A stretch of DNA of 53,872 nucleotides, filler included, from Jimgerdemannia flammicorona (Eukaryota), in assembly GCA_003990765.1 (NCBI GenBank). It is 2 parts of 2 records of this genome, joined end to end, with 100 filler letters (N's around TTAATTAATTAA, not from the genome) between each part and the next. Parts side by side here need not be neighbours in the genome. Positions count along the whole stretch, not along the records: positions 26,994 to 53,872 come from RBNJ01000685.1; 1 more part is not named here. One strand, written 5' to 3'. Positions 52,034 through 53,872 of the stretch are shown here, in pieces. Made by a program: the position numbers and the translations under genes. The first letter of the stretch is position 1. The number at the start of each line of letters is the position of its first letter. Under the pieces are notes generated by a model that was not told the origin of the DNA, did not search any database, and worked only from the letters and a program-made list of their open reading frames with translations.

Positions 52034-53824
52034 TAGTGCTCTTAACAAATCGAATTGAGGCCAATTCAATTCAAATCAATTTGAATTGAGATTCAATTCA
52101 ATTCAATTCGAATTGAATTGAAGATCCAATTTGATTTGAGTTTCAATTTAATTTGATTTGATGAGATTTCTCTATCAGCTGAATGGGGGATTATAGTCAT
52201 ATAAGCTACTGCCCAATTGTAAATATTACAATACTAGTATATAAATAAAATAATGTAACAGTCAGCTCAATAATATCAATTTGATCCTCAAAACTCAATA
52301 TGGTAATTGGAAACTCAATATAGTAATTGGAAACTCATATGTGTTGAAACTCACAATATACAACTACCTTCCTTAATGTATTCAAGCATATCAGATGAGC
52401 CTTTTATACCACTATTAGTTACAGAGGATACTATAATAACAGCCATAATGTCAATAGATACAACTTCAACAAGTGCAGTAACAATCTCAATATAATCTGC
52501 AAAAGGAAAAAGAAGAGCATGCTATATACACTCTGATATTTGGAAGGAGTTTATGAAGGTATACAAGGATGATGGAGAAGTTATTCTGAAGTATAACTAC
52601 TGTAAAGTAAAATATAAGTCTAAAGATAGCTCAATAACAAATTTGTAGACACATTTCAATAAACACCATAAGAGTCTTCAGGTTGGAATGATAGATTCAT
52701 ACTTATCATAAGTATGGTTTACCTTTTGACCATGTTGTAATTGGGGGAGCTGGTGGCTATACTGATGAGTATCCTAAGAACTCTCTTTTTTTAAATAGTC
52801 AAAATTCTCTATACAGTTATTTTAAGACAAGCTTATTTGCTGGATTATTGATGACAATTAGCCTTTTACGGTTGTTGAAAGTTCAGAGCTGAAAGATATT
52901 TTTTGCCTTCTGAAACCAGACATTACTATTCCTTCTGCTGGAACTATTCAAAATGAAATCAGACTAGCTTTTCAATGAAGTCATGATGCCATCAAAATTA
53001 AGCTATAGGTAAGATTTAATATTTTGACTTATTCAAATCTTAATTTGAATTAAGCTCATTCCAATTAATTTATTTGGAAATAAAATGTACTTGGTCAAAT
53101 ATCTTTCACTATTGACATATAGATATCACCTAATATGCATGCATTTCTTAGAATTAATGTACATTGGATCAGTTAGAATTAGCAACTCAACTGTATGTTG
53201 ATTGATTTTGTCAAGCTGTCAGGACCTCATTCAAGTGAAAATCTTGCTGATGCCTTTATGAACTGTATCAGAGACTTTGAGATATTGACAAAGGTATATA
53301 ATTTTATATTTTGGAAACAGGTGGTTTTGTTTTATATTTTTACATGAAAAAGATTGTGATTTTTTTTTTTTAAAAAAAATATATATATATTTCGAAATAC
53401 AGTTATCTTACATTTCAAATTATTGATTTTCACTCTAGATATTGGCTATAACAACAGACAATACATCCAACAACAATGTGTTTTTTCAAATAATTCAGGA
53501 GAAATTCAATTACACTTATCTTAACAATCCACCAATATAACACATATGCTACCTGACACATATCATTAACCTGGCTGTTCAGGCATTTTTAATCTATCTG
53601 AAGGCTGAGAGTGAAGATGATGATACAACTGAGAATGGAGAAATATCAAGACTCTGAATGATTATTACCAAGATCTGATCTTCACTATAGCATCGAGAGC
53701 AATTTGCTAAGCAATATAGAATTTTTAGAATCAGCAATCCAAAATAACTCATATTGGATGTTAGAACTTGATGGAATTCAACATATTCGATGATTGAATG
53801 AGCCTAAGAATTATCAGAAGTAAG

Positions 53825-53872
<48 letters not shown>
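52034..53872 (+). mobile_element. hAT-4 with degenerate transposase, running off the window end
   Basis: TIR-like TAGTGCTCTTAAC and subterminal arrays. SDIWKEF..NYCKVKY (BED), SFTIDI*ISPN..AFLRINVHWI, ITTDNTSNN, YLTHIINLAVQ, LILDVRT*WNST. Confidence 0.9.

Overview
Eukaryotic DNA, probably fungal (short GT-AG introns, TE types). One intact intron-containing BTB/POZ-SPRY gene and a decayed tandem paralog (1-3.7 kb, CpG-rich) are followed by ~50 kb of nested, transition-mutated transposable elements. The largest is a Ty3/Gypsy LTR retrotransposon (3979-25214, ATAT target duplication, dUTPase between protease and RT). Its 5' LTR is interrupted by a hAT transposon (4788-11191, 8-bp TSD) and its pol by an L1/Tx1-like LINE. 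The window also holds three more hAT copies, three more LINE copies, a ~1.2-kb non-coding poly(A) retroposon, a solo LTR of a second family, a degenerate gag, minisatellites and an artificial 100-bp gap spacer (26894-26993). Two observations stand out. (1) The first hAT carries a spliced cargo gene with the HxD...H motifs of a TET/JBP-like 2OG-Fe(II) dioxygenase, convergent with the transposase. (2) The LTRs of two different families each contain a homologous ~290-codon ORF in U3, suggesting a conserved LTR-encoded accessory protein. All calls come from manual reading and motif recall; no searches were run.
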